A stretch of 64,000 nt of DNA from NCBI RefSeq assembly GCF_963921235.1, contig NC_086097.1, positions 30,320,001 through 30,384,000 on the forward strand, written 5' to 3'. Of the stretch, positions 23,700 to 36,200 are shown piece by piece. The notes beneath the pieces were generated by a model that was not told the DNA's origin, did not search any database, and saw only the letters and a program-made list of their open reading frames with translations. The translations under genes were made by a program, and so were the position numbers. The first letter of the stretch is position 1, and each line of letters begins with the position of its first letter. This DNA is from Mobula hypostoma (Eukaryota).

Positions 23700-26600
23700 A
23701 GTTCTGACACAGAGCGATGGGGAGTGTGAGTCAGTGGGATTATTGTGAGGTCTGACACTGGACTGTGGGGAGTGTGGGTCAGTGGGATTATTGTGGGGTC
23801 TGACACTGGGCTGTGGGGAGAGAGGGTCAGTGGGATTATTGTGGGGTCTGACACTGGGCTGTGGGGAGAGAGGGTCAGTGTAATTGTGTGGGGTCTGACA
23901 CTGGGCTGTGGGGAGAGAGGGTCAGTGTAATCGTGTGGGGTCTGACTGGACTGTGGGGAGAGAGGGTCAGTGTAATCGTGTGGGGTCTGACACTGGGCTG
24001 TGGGGAGAGAGGGTCAGTGAGATTATTGTGGGGTCTGACACTGGGCTGTGGGGAGAGAAGGTCAGTGGGATTATTGTGGGGTCTGACACTGGGCTGTGGG
24101 GAGAGAGGGTCAGTGTAATCGTGTGGGTTCTGACACTGGGCTGTGGGGAGAGAGGGTCAGTGGGATTATTGTGGGTTCTGACACTGGGCTGTGGGGAGAG
24201 TGGGTCAGTGTATTCGTGTGGGGTCTGACACGGGGCTGTGGGGAGAGAGGGTCAGTGTATTCGTGTGGGGTCTGACACTGGGCTGTGGGGAGAGAGGGTC
24301 AGTGTATTTGTGTGGGGACTGACTGGGCTGTGAGGAGAGAGGGTCAGTGTAATTGTGTGGGGTCTGACACTGGGCTGTGGGGAGAGAGGGTCAGTGTATT
24401 TGTGTGGGGACTGACTGGGCTGTGGGGAGAGAGGGTCAGTGGGATTATTGTGGGGTCTGACACTGGGCTGTGGGGAGTGTGGGTCAGTGGGATTATTGTG
24501 GGGTCTGACACTGGGCTGTGGGGAGAGAGGGTCAGTGTATTCGTGTGGGGTCTGACACTGGACTGTGGGGAGAGAGTGTGTGTATTCATGTGGAGTCTGA
24601 CACTGGGCTGTGGGGAGAGAGTGTCAGTGTAATCGTGTGGGGTCTGACACTGGGCTGTGGGAAGAGAGTGTCAGTGTAATCGTGTGGGGACTGACACTGG
24701 GCTGTGGGGAGAGTGTCAGTGTATTCATGTGGGGACTGACACTGGACTGTGGGCAGAGAGGGTCAGTGGGATTATTGTGGGTTCTGACATTGGGCTGTGG
24801 GGAGAGAGGGTCAGTATATTCATGTGGGGTCTGACACTGGACTGTGGGGAGAGAGGATCAGTGGGATTGGTGTGGGTTCTGACACTGGGCTGTGGGGAGA
24901 GAGGGTCAGTGTATATGTGTGGGGTCTGACACTGGGCTGTGGGGAGAGAGGGTCAGTGTATATGTGTGGGGTCTGACACTGGGCTGTGGGGAGAGAGGGT
25001 CAGTGGGATTAGTGTGGGTTCTGACTGGGCTGTGGGGAGAGAGGGTCAGTGTATATGTGTGGGGTCTGACACTGGGCTGTGGGGAGAGAGGGTCAGTGGG
25101 ATTATTGTGGGGTCTGACACTGGGCTGTGGGGAGAGAGGGTCAGTGGGATTATTGTGGGGTCTGACACTGGGCTGTGGGGAGAGTGGGTCAGTGGGATTA
25201 TTGTGGGGTCTGACACGGGGCTGTGGGGAGAGCGGGTCAGTGTAATCGTGTGGGGTCTGACACTGGGCTGTGGGGAAAGAGGGTCAGTGTATTTGTGTGG
25301 GGACTGACTGGGCTGTGGGGAGAGAGGGTCAGTGTAATCGTGTGGGGTCTGACACTGGGCTGTGGGGAGAGAGGGTCAGTGTATTTATGCAGGGACTGAC
25401 TGGGCTGTGGGGAGAGAGGGTCAGTGGGATTATTGTGGGGTCTGACACTGGGCTGTGGGGAGAGAGGGTCAGTGGGATTATTGTGGGGTCTGACACTGGG
25501 CTGTGGGGAGTGTGGGTCAGTGGGATAATTGTGGGGTCTGACACTGGGCTGTGGGGAGAGAGGGTCAGTGTATTCGTGTGGGGTCTGACACTGGACTGTG
25601 GGGAGAGAGGGTCAGTGTAATCGTGTGGGGTCTGACACGGGGCTGTGGGGAGAGAGTGTCAGTGTATTCATGTGGGGACTGACACTGGACTGTGGGGAGA
25701 GAGGGTCAGTGGGATTATTGTGGGTTCTGACATTGGGCTGTGGGGAGAGTGGGTCAGTATATTCATGTGGGGTCTGACACTGGACTGTGGGGAGAGAGGG
25801 TCAGTGTATTTGTGTGGGGTCTGACACTGGGCTGTGGGGAGAGAGGGTCAGTGTAATCGTGTGGGGTCTGACACTGGACTGTGGGGAGAGAGGGTCAGTG
25901 GGATTATTGTGGGTTCTGACATTGGGCTGTGGGGAGAGTGGGTCAGTATATTCATGTGGGGTCTGACACTGGACTGTGGGGAGAGAGGGTCAGTGTATAT
26001 GTGTGGGGTCTGACACTGGGCTGTGGGGAGAGAGGGTCAGTGTATTCATGTGGGGTCTGACACTGGACTGTGGGGAGAGAGGGTCAGTATATTCATGTGT
26101 GGACTGATACTGAGCTGTGGGGAGTGTGGGTCAGTGGGATTAGTGTGGGTTCTGACATTGGGCTGTGGGGAGAGAGGGTCAGTGTAATCGTGTGGGGTCT
26201 GACACTGGGCTGTGGGGAGAGAGGGTCAGTGTATTTGTGTGGGGTCTGACACTGGGCTGTGGGGAGAGAGGGTCAGTGTATTTGTGTGGGGTCTGACACT
26301 GGGCTGTGGGGAGAGAGGGTCAGTGTAATCGTGTGGGGTTTGACACTGGGCTGTGGGGAGAGAGGGTCAGTGTATTTGTGTGGGGTCTGACACTGGGCTG
26401 TGGGGAGAGAGGGTCAGTGTAATCGTGTGGGGTCTGACACTGGGCTGTGGGGAGAGAGGGTCAGTGTAATCGTGTGGGGTCTGACACTGGGCTGTGGGGA
26501 GAGAGGGTCAGTGTAATCGTGTGGGGTCTGACACTGGGCTGTGGGGAGAGAGGGTCAGTGTAATCGTGTGGGGTCTGACACTGGGCTGTGGGGAGAGAGG

Positions 26601-28220
26601 GTCAGTTGGATTATTGTGGGGTCTGACACTGGGCTGTGGGGAGAGAGGGTCAGTGGGATTAGTGTGGGTTCTGACTGGGCTGTGGGGAGAGAGGGTCAGT
26701 GTATATGTGTGGGTTCTGACTGGGCTGTGGGGAGAGAGGGTCAGTATATTCATGTGTGGACTGATACTGAGCTGTGGGGAGAGTGGGTCAGTGGGATTAT
26801 TGTGGGGTCTGATACGGACAGTAGGGAGAGAGTAGGACTAGGATCAGTTACGGATTGTTACAGGGCTGAGGGGGTAAGCGTGAGGAAAAGTGATTAGTTT
26901 GTGAATGGATGCAGGGCTCTGGGAGAACGTAGAGCAGTGGGATCAGACAGTGAGTGTCACTGGGCTGTGGGGAGAGTATGGGGCAGTGGGATTCGAGTGG
27001 GATTGATACAGGAATGTGGTGAGAGAGTGGGGCAATAGGATCTGTTAGCGACTGACACAGGGCAGTGTGGAGTGAGTGGGATAGCGGGATTTCTTATAGA
27101 CTGGCACAGTGCTGTGAAGAGTGGAGGGGCAGTGGGATAGTCAGTGAGATAGTCAGTGACCGACACAGGATGTGGGGAGAGAATGGGGAAGTGGGATTAG
27201 TTTGAGACTGACGCAGGGCTGTGGGAAAGTGGGGATTGACATTGGGCTGTGGGGAGAGTGGGTCAGACACAGCAGGTGGGAGAGGGCAGAACAGAGGGAT
27301 TCATTTGGGAATGGATACAGGGCTAAGTGGGGCATTGGAATTAGCTTGGGGATAGATCAGGGCTCTGGGGAGAGTGTGGGGCAGTGGGATTAGTTTGGGA
27401 ACTGACACAGGGCTGAGGGGAGTGAGGCAGTGGGGTTAGTCAGTGACTGACGCAGGATGTGGGGAGAGAATGGGGAAGTGGGATTAGTTTGGGACTGACA
27501 CAGGGCTATCGGAGTGAGCAAAGCAGGTGGATTAAAGTTGGGATTGACACAGGGCTATGGGGAGAGTGGGTCAGTGGTATTTGTGTGGGGACAGACACAG
27601 GGCTGTGCGGAGAGTGGGTCAGTGGGATTAGTTTGGAGACTGACAGGCAGTAGGGAGAGAGCAGGACAGTAGGATTAGTTATAGACTTACAGGGCTGTGG
27701 GGGAGAGAGTGAGGCAAAGTAACTCATTTGGGAATGGATACAGGGCTCTGGGGAGAGTGCAGGGCAGTGGGTTTTGTTTGGTGACTGACATGGCTGTGGG
27801 GAGAAGGAGGAGCAGTGGGATAAGGATGGGACTGAAATATGACTGTGGGGCAAGACTGGGTCAGTGGAAATATTTTAGGAACCGATACAGGGCTGTAGGG
27901 AGAAAGCAGGGCATTGGGATCTGTCAGTGATTGACACAGGGCTGTGGGGAGATGGTGGGGCATTGGGATTAGTGTGGGGCCAGACACTGGGCTGTGGAGA
28001 GAGAGGGTCAGTGTATTTGTGTGGGAACTTACAATGGGTTGTGGTGAGTGTGGGACAGTGTCATTAGTTTGGGGACTGACTCTGGGCTGTGGGGATGGAC
28101 ACAGGCAGGTGGGAGAGAACAGGACAGTGGGGTTAGTTTGGGAATGGATACAGGGCACTGGGGAGAGTGCAAAGCAGTGGGTTTACTTTTGGAGACTGCC
28201 GCTGGGCTGTGGGGAATTGG
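23700..28220 (+). repeat. G-rich minisatellite block 1: about 65 homogeneous 45-48 bp units (23735-26815), then diverged monomers of about 50 bp
   Basis: 48-mer GTGGGATTATTGTGGGGTCTGACACTGGGCTGTGGGGAGAGAGGGTCA and 47-mer GTGTA(ATC/TTT/TTC/TAT)GTGTGGGGTCTGACACTGGGCTGTGGGGAGAGAGGGTCA. Confidence 0.97.
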
Positions 28221-28620
28221 GTGTTGTGTAATAACCCAGATCCTATTAGAGAGTTTAATGTAAAGGAACCCTCAGGAGACAGTGATCATATTATGATTAA
28301 ATTCATACAGCAATTTGAGAGGGAGAAGCATAAATCACATGTATCAGTATCACAATGGAATAAAGGGTATTACAGAGGCATGAGAGAGGTGCTTGGCCAG
28401 GTGGATCAGAAGAGGATGCTGTCGGGGATGGCATAGAGATGGCTGAAGTTTCTGGGAATAGTTCAAAAGGCACAGGATAGATAGGTCCCACTGAAGAAGC
28501 AGTTTTCAAATGGCAGGGCTAGGTAACCGTGGCTGACAAGGGAAGTTAAGGACTGCATAAAAGCCAAGGAAAGGGCTTTAAGGTAGTAAATGTGAGTGGG
28601 AAGCTGGATGATTGGAAAGC

Positions 28621-29981
28621 TTTTTTTAATTTTTATTGAAGGAGTGACACAATACAGAATACATAATGCATTACATTTTCCTCCATTTTGCTTTTATATC
28701 TTACCCCTAAACAAAACTCCCCTCACCCACCCTCCCCAAACATACCATGTCAGCTAATGTATTTACAACACTTCACAAATACAATAATGGACATTTCACA
28801 GCCATCCCTCCACACTACTTCAAGATGAAGGCCCACACACATCCACAACACGTCAGATGATCCAGAATACACTCATATTACAATGCATCAACCTCCCTAT
28901 GAGGTAAACCATATGCGTGTTAAAAGGGGGAAAATCCCCAAGTACAATCAAATGCCCTCAACTGGTAGGTAAGTCTTAAGACTCCCAAAATATGACAAGA
29001 AAGGTCCCCATTTCGAATAGAACTTTTTCACAGACCCTCTCAGAGTAAATTTAATCTTTTCTAGTTTCAGAAAAAACATTACGTCCTCTAACCAAGCAGC
29101 AGCAGTTGGGGCAGTGGCAGGTTTCCAGACCAGCAAGATTCTCCTATGGGCCAATAGCGATGTAAATACGATGATATCCGACCGGCTTGCATTTAAACCC
29201 AAAGCATCATCTGCCACACCAAATACAGCTAAAAGCGGGCAAAGTCTCAGTGTCACCCCCAAAACCTCACTGATAATTTTAAAAATCAGTGCCCAATAGC
29301 CATCAAGACCAAAATTCATGCACTAAACCAGCCGGAGAGAAGGAACACCTGTCACAGCCAGCGTCTGTCCCGGGATATATGTCAGATATATATGGCTTTA
29401 CTTAAATGTACCCTGTGTAAAACTTTAAATTGCATGAGCCACAGTCTAGCACATGATGATGAGAAATGAACCCTATTCAATACTTTTGCCCAATATTCCT
29501 CAGCCAGATCCATACCAAAGTCATCCTCCCATCTAGTCTTAGTTTTGTTTAGATCTTGAACTCCCAAAGACATCAGCTGAGAGTATTGTACAGAGATCAG
29601 CCCTTTATTATTAAAGCTAAGAGTGAGTTTTTCCCACACCATAGCAGGTGGTAGATCAGGGAAAGAGGGAAATTTTTCCTTGACAAAGTGGCAAGTCTGC
29701 AGGTATTTTAAAAAAATGATTATGTGGAAGGCCATATTTACTGCACAGGTCATCAAAACTATCAAATATATTATCAGTGTACAAATCCTTAATGCGCATA
29801 AGACCGTTCAAACCCCATTGTCTAAAAACTGAATCGAGTGTAGAGGGGGGAAATAGATGGTTTCTATGAATGGGACCCAAAACTGAAGCTGATGTGAACT
29901 TATAGTGGCAGCGAAATTGATTAAAATTTTTGAGGGTGGAAAACACGACCGGGTTAGATATACGTCTGTAAATTGAGAGAA
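28621..29981 (-). mobile_element. L1/Tx1-clade LINE 3' fragment nested in CR1
   Basis: QFKVLHRVHLSK and cysteine-rich C-terminal region; AATAAA plus A-rich tail; TSD TGGAAAGCTTTT at 28613-28624 and 29982-29993. Confidence 0.88.
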
Positions 29982-30118
29982 TGGAAAGCTTTTAAAATCC
30001 AACAAATGACAACTAAAAAAGCTATAAGAAAGGAAAGGATGTAATATAAGGGCAAACTGACCAATATTAATGAGCAGGATATCTAAAGTTTTTTCAGTTA
30101 TATAATGAGTGAAAGGAA

Positions 30119-30950
30119 GGTCACCAAGATGAAGGAATTGGTTGTTGACTTCAGAAGGAGTAGCGGACCGCACAACCCCATTTACATCGGTGGTGCGCAA
30201 GTGGAACAGGTCAAAAGCTTTAAGTTCCTCGGGGTCAATATCACAAATGACCTGACTTGGTCCAACCAAGCAGAGTTCACTGCCAAGAAGACCCACCAGC
30301 GCCTTTACTTCCTGAGAAAACTAAAGAAATTTGGCCTGTCCCCTAAAACCCTCACTATTTTTTATAGATGCACCGTAGAAAGTATTCTTCTAGGGTGCAT
30401 CACAAGCTGGTATGGAAGTTGTCCTGTCCAAGACCGAAAGAAGCTGCAGAAGATCGTGAACACGGCACAACACATCACACAAACCAATCTTCCGTCCATG
30501 GATTCACTTTACACCGCATGCCATCAGAGCAGTGCTGCCAGGATAATCAAGGACACGACCCACCCAGCCAACAGACTTTTTGTCCCTCTTCCCTCCGGGA
30601 GAAGGTTCAGGAGCTTGAAGACTCATATGGCCAGATTTGGGAACAGCTTCTTTCCAACCGTGGTAAGACTGCTGAACGGATCCTGACCCGGATCTGGGCC
30701 GTACCCTCCAAGTATCTGGACCTGCCTCTCGGTTTTTTTGCACTACCTTACTTCCCATTTTTCTATTTTCTATTTATGATTTATAATTTAAATTTTTAAT
30801 ATTTACTAATTTTAACTATTTTTAATATTTATAATATTTAATACTTGTAATCCAGGGAGTGTGAAACGCAGAATCAAATATCGCCGTGATGATTGTACAT
30901 TCTAGTACCAATTGTTTGGCGACAATAAAGTATAAAATGTAAAGTATAAA
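30119..30950 (+). mobile_element. Young Rex1/Babar 3' fragment nested in CR1
   Basis: Uninterrupted ORF to 30686 (KELVVDFRR..FKFLGVNIT..FYRCTVESILLGCIT); (AAAGTAT)-type tail. Confidence 0.9.
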
Positions 30951-31623
30951 AGTGAGAGTTGATATCGGACTATTGGAAAATGATGCTGGTGAGGTAGTAA
31001 TAGGGCGGGGGGGGCAAAGAAATAGCAGATGAACTTAATGGGTACTTTGCATCAGTCTTCACTGTGGAAGACACTAGCAGTGTACCAGAGGTCCATGGGT
31101 GCCAGGGAGCAGGAGTGAGTGCCATTGCTATTACAAAGGAAAAAGTGCCAGGCAAACTCAAAGGTCTTAAGGTGGATAAGTCACCTGGTTCAGATGGACT
31201 ATATCCCAGAGTCCTGAGAGGTTGCTGACGAGATAACGGATGCATTGGTCATGGTCTTTCAAGAATGACTTCGTTCTGGCATGGTCCTGGAGGACTGGAA
31301 AATTGCAAAGGTCACTCCATTTTTAAGAAGGGAGGATGGCAAAAGAAAGGAAATTATAGGCCAGTTAGCCTAATTTCAGTGGTTGGGAAGATGTTGGAGT
31401 CTATGGTGAAGGATAATGTTTTGGGATACTTGAAGACTAATCAAAAAGATAAGTTAAAGCCAGCATGATTTCTGTAAAGGATAAAGTAAAGTATAAAGTA
31501 TAAACTTGCCTGACAAATCTGTTAGAGTTCTTTGAGGAAATAACAAGCAGGTGGACAAAGGAGAGGCAGTGGATGTCACTTACTTGGATTTTCAGAAGGC
31601 ATTTGATAAGGTGCCACACATGA

Positions 31624-32112
31624 TTTGGATTTAGATTATGAAGACACGTAGTCCTCTTTTATTGTCATTTACTAATGCATGCATTAAGAAATGATACAAT
31701 ACTTCCTCCGGTGTGATATCACAAAACACAGGACAGACCAAGACTGAAAAAACTGACAAAACCACATTATTATAACATATAGTTACAACAGTGCAACAAT
31801 ACCATAACTTGATGAAGAAGTCCGTGAGCACAGTAAAAGTTCAAAGTCTCTGAAAACTTTGAGATCTGATCAGCTCTCTGACACCGAGTACTGAGCGCCA
31901 TCTCTGTCCGAACGATTCAACCTCAATCTTGGCCACCAACAGCAGGCAAAGCCAGGGATTTTGAGGCCTACCCTCCGAAAGATTCCTGACCACGCAGTAA
32001 CGACAGCAGCAAACGAGCATTTCAGCAATTTCTCCAGATGTTCCTCTGTACTTTCACATCCCTCTCCAGCAAATCAGAATTGTCCACAGCCCCTATTTAA
32101 TGGATACGATAT
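31624..32112 (-). mobile_element. Non-coding non-autonomous retroposon nested in CR1 (second copy at 45368-45769)
   Basis: TSD CATGA on both sides; more than 200 bp near-identical to the inverted copy at 45.4-45.8 kb. Confidence 0.75.
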
Positions 32113-33281
32113 CATGAGGCTGCTTAACAAGATAAAATCCTGTAGCATTACAGGAAAGATACTGGCATGAGTAGAGGAGTGGCTAAATTGACAGGAGTGG
32201 GAATAAAGGGGGTCTTTTCTAGTTGGCTATCAGTAACTAGTGGTGTTCCTCAGGGGTCCGTACTGGGACCACTGCTTTTCACATTGTTTGTCAATGATTT
32301 GGATAATGGAATTGATGGCTTTGTGACAAAGTTTTTGGATGATACGAAGATAGATGGAGGGGTAGGTCGTGCTGAGGAAGCAATGCTATCGGAGCAGGAC
32401 TTGGAAGAATGGGCAAAAAGTGTCAGATGGAATACAGTGCTGGGAAATGTACGATAATGCATTTTGGTAAAAGGAACAGTATTGCAGACTATTATCTAAA
32501 TAGGGAGAAGGTTCAAACATCAGAGGTGCAGAGGGACTTAGGAGTCCTCATGCAAGACTCCCAGAAGGTTAATTTACAGCTTGAGTCTATGGTAAAGAAG
32601 GCAAATGGAATGTTGACATTTATTTCAAAGGGAAGAAAATATAAAAGCAAGGAGATAATGCTGATCCTTTATAAGACCACACTTGGAGCACTGTCAACAG
32701 TTTTGGACCCCATATCTCAGAAAGGATGTGTTGTCGTTGGAGAGAATCCAGAGGTACACAAGGCCGATTCTGGGAATGAAGGGGTTAAAATATGAGGAGC
32801 ATCTGGCAACTTTGGGTCTGTACTCACTGGAATTTAGAAGAATGTGGAAGGACCTCACTGAGACCTCCTGAATGTTGAAAGGACTAGATAAGGAGGATGT
32901 GGAGAGGATGCTTGCTATGGTGGGGGTATCCAGAACTAGAGGGCAGAGCCTCAGAATTGAAGAGCAATCTTTCAGAACAGAGGTAAGAAGGAATGTTTTT
33001 GACCAGAGTGTAGTGAACCTGTGGTATGCTGTGCCACAGACTATGGTGGAGGCCAAGTTTGTGGGTATATTGAGGGCGGAAGCTGATAGATTCCGGATCG
33101 GTCAGGACATCAAAGAATATGGCGAGAAGGCAGCTGTATGGGGTTGAGTGGGATTTGGGTTCAGCCATGATGGAATGGCAGAGTAGACTTGATGGGCTGA
33201 AGGGCCTAATTCTGTCCCTATGTCTTATGGTCTTACAGACACAGATCTGTGTGGAAAGAGCAAGACAATGGGAATAGTTTG

Positions 33282-36200
33282 AGAAAAAGCCTCTGACTAT
33301 CCACACGATCAATGCCTCTCATCATCTTATACACCTCTGTCAGGTCACCTCTCATCCTCCATCGCTCCAAGGAGAAAAGGCTGAGTTCACTCAACCTATT
33401 CTCATAAGGCATGCTCACCAATCCAGGCAATACCCTTGTAAATCTCATCTGCAACCTTAATATAGTTTCCACATCCTTCCTGTAGTGAGGTGATCAGAAC
33501 TGAGCACAGTGCTCCAAGTGGGGTCTGACCAGAGTCTTATATATCTGCAACATTACCTCTCGGCTCTTAAACTCAGTCCCATGATTGGTGAAGGCCAATA
33601 CACCGTATGCCTTCTTAACCACAAAGTCAACCTGCATAGCAGCTTTGTGTCTTACCATTAATACTATATTCTACCATCATATTTGACCTACCAAAATGAA
33701 CCACCTCACACTTATCTGGGTTGAACTCCATCTGCCACTTCTCAGCCCAGTTTTGCATCCTATGGATGTTCTGCTGTAACCTCTGACAGCCCTCCACACT
33801 ATCCACAACATCCCCAACCTTTGTGTCATCAGCAAATTTACTAACCAATCCCTCCACTTCCTCATCCAGGTCATTTATAAAAATCACAAAGAGAAGGGGT
33901 CCCAGAACAGATCCCTGCAGAACACCACTGGTCACCAACCTCCATGCGGAACATGACCCGTCTACAACCACTCTTTGCCTTCTATGTGCAAGCCAGTTCT
34001 GGATCCCCTTGGATCCCATGCCTCCTTACTTTCTCAATAAGCCTTGCATGGGTACCTTATCAAATGCCTTGCTGAAATCCATGTACACTACATCTACTGC
34101 TCTTCCTTCATCAATATGTTTAGTCACATCCTCAAAAAATTCAGTCAGGCTCGTAAGGCACGACCTGTCTTTGACAAAGCCATGCAGACTATTCCTAATC
34201 ATATTATGCCTCTCCAAATGTTTATAAATCCTGCCTCTCAGGATCTTCTCCATCATCTTACCAACCACTGAAGTAAGACTCAATGGTCTATGATTTCCTG
34301 GGCTATCTCTACTCCCTTCCTTGAATACGGGAAACACATCTGCAACCCACCAATCCTCTGGAACTTCTCCCGTCCCCGTTGATGATGCAAAGATCATCGC
34401 CAGAGGCTCAGCAATCTCCTCTCTGGGCTCCCACAGTAGCCTGGGGTATATCTCGTGTAGTCCTGGTGACTTATCCAACTTGATGCTTTCCAAAACCTCC
34501 AGCACATCCTCTTTCTTAATGTCTATATGCTCAAGCTTTCCAGTCTGCTGCAAGTCATCCTTACAATTGCCAAGGTGCTTTTCCATAGTGAATACTTTAT
34601 ACTTTATTGTCACCAAACAATTGATACTAGAACATACAATCATCACAGCGATATTTGATCCTGCGCTTCCTGCCCCCTAGAGTACAAATTGATAGTAAAT
34701 ATTAAAAATTTAAATTATAAATCATAAATAGAAAATAGAAATGGAAAGTAAGGTAGTGCAAAAAAAAAACTAGAGGCAGGTCCGGATATTTGGAGGGTAC
34801 GGCCCAGATCCAGGTCAGGATCCGTTCAGCAGTCTTATCCCGGTTGGAAAGAAGCTGTTCCCAAATCTGGCCGTATGAGTCTTCAAGCTCCTGAACCTTC
34901 TCCCGGAGGGAAGAGGGACGAAAAGTCTGTTGGCTGGGTGGGTTGTGTCCTTGATTATCCTGGCAGCACTGCTCCGACAGCGTGCGGTGTAAAGTGAGTC
35001 CAAGGACGGAAGATTGGTTTGTGTGATGTTCTGCGCTGTGTTCACGATCTTCTGCAGCTTCTTTCGGTCTTGGACAGGACAGCTTCCATACCAGGTTGTG
35101 ATTCACCCTAGAAGAATGCTTTCTACGGTGCATCTATAAAAATTAGTGAGGGTTTTAGGGGACAGGCCAAATTTCTTTAGCTTTCTCAGGAAGTAAAGGC
35201 GCTGGTGGGCCTTCTTGGCAGTGGATTCTGCTTGGTTGGACCAAGTCAGGTCAGTTGTGATATTGACCCCGAGGAACTTAAAGCTTTTGACCTGTTCCAC
35301 CTGCGCACCACCGATGAAAATGGGGTCGTGCGGTCCGCTACTCCTTCTGAAGCAAAGTATTCATTATGTACCTCTGCTACCTCCTCCAGTTCCATACACA
35401 CTTTTACACACAAGCTGTCACACTTGATTGGTCTTATTCTCTCACATCTTATCCTCTTGCTCTTCACATACTTATAGAATGCCTTGGGCTTTTCCTTAAT
35501 CCTTCTCATGGCCCTTTCTGGCTCTCCTAATTTCATTCTTAAGCTCCTTCCTACTAGCCTAATAATTTTCTAGATCTCTATCATTACCTATTTTTTTCAA
35601 CCTTTCGTAAGCTTTTCTCTTCTTCTTGACTAGATTTTCAACTGCCTTTGTACACCACAGTTCCTGCACCCTGTCATCTTTTCCCTGTCTTATTGGAATG
35701 TACCTATGCAGAACGCCACGCAAATGTCCCCTGAACATTTGCCACATTTCTGCAGTACATTTCCCTGAGAACATTTGTTCTCAATTTATGCTTCCAAGTA
35801 TCTGCCTGATAGCTTCATATTTCCCCTTACTCCAATTAAACACTTTCCTAACTTGTCTGTTCCTATCCCTCTCCAAGGCTGTGGGAAAGGAGATGCAATT
35901 GTGATCACTATCTCCAAAATGCTCTCCCGCTGAGAGACGGGACACGTGACCAGGTTCATTTCCCAATACCAGATCAAGTACAGCTTCTCCTCTTGTAGGC
36001 CTATCTACATATTGTGTCAAGAAACCTTCCTGAACACAGCTAACAAACTCCACCCCATCTAAACCTCTCATTCTAGGGAGATGCCAATCAATATTAGGGA
36101 AATTAAAATCTCCCATTATTATTGCACCTTTCCAGAATCTGTCTCCCTATCTGCTCCTCGATGTCCCTGTTACTATTGGGTGGTCTACAAGAAACACCCA

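Larger units (their letters stand above)
28228..33234 (+). mobile_element. CR1 LINE (disrupted ORF2) hosting three nested insertions
   Basis: GDSDHIMIKF (endonuclease end), NYRPVSLISVVGKMLES, SGVPQGSVLGPLLF, KFLDDTK; TCTTATGGTCTTA tail. Confidence 0.9.

Noticed and set aside
23745..26897. Repeat-protein ORFs such as (GIIVGSDTGLWGERVS)n
   Set aside because: Artefacts of 48-bp units. Interspersed 45-47 bp units shift frame constantly, and there are no splice or start signals.
23700..28220. Immunoglobulin switch-region-like repeat (GGGCT/TGGGG, G-skew)
   Set aside because: AGCT hotspots are nearly absent, and I saw no Ig exons or recombination signal sequences in the window.
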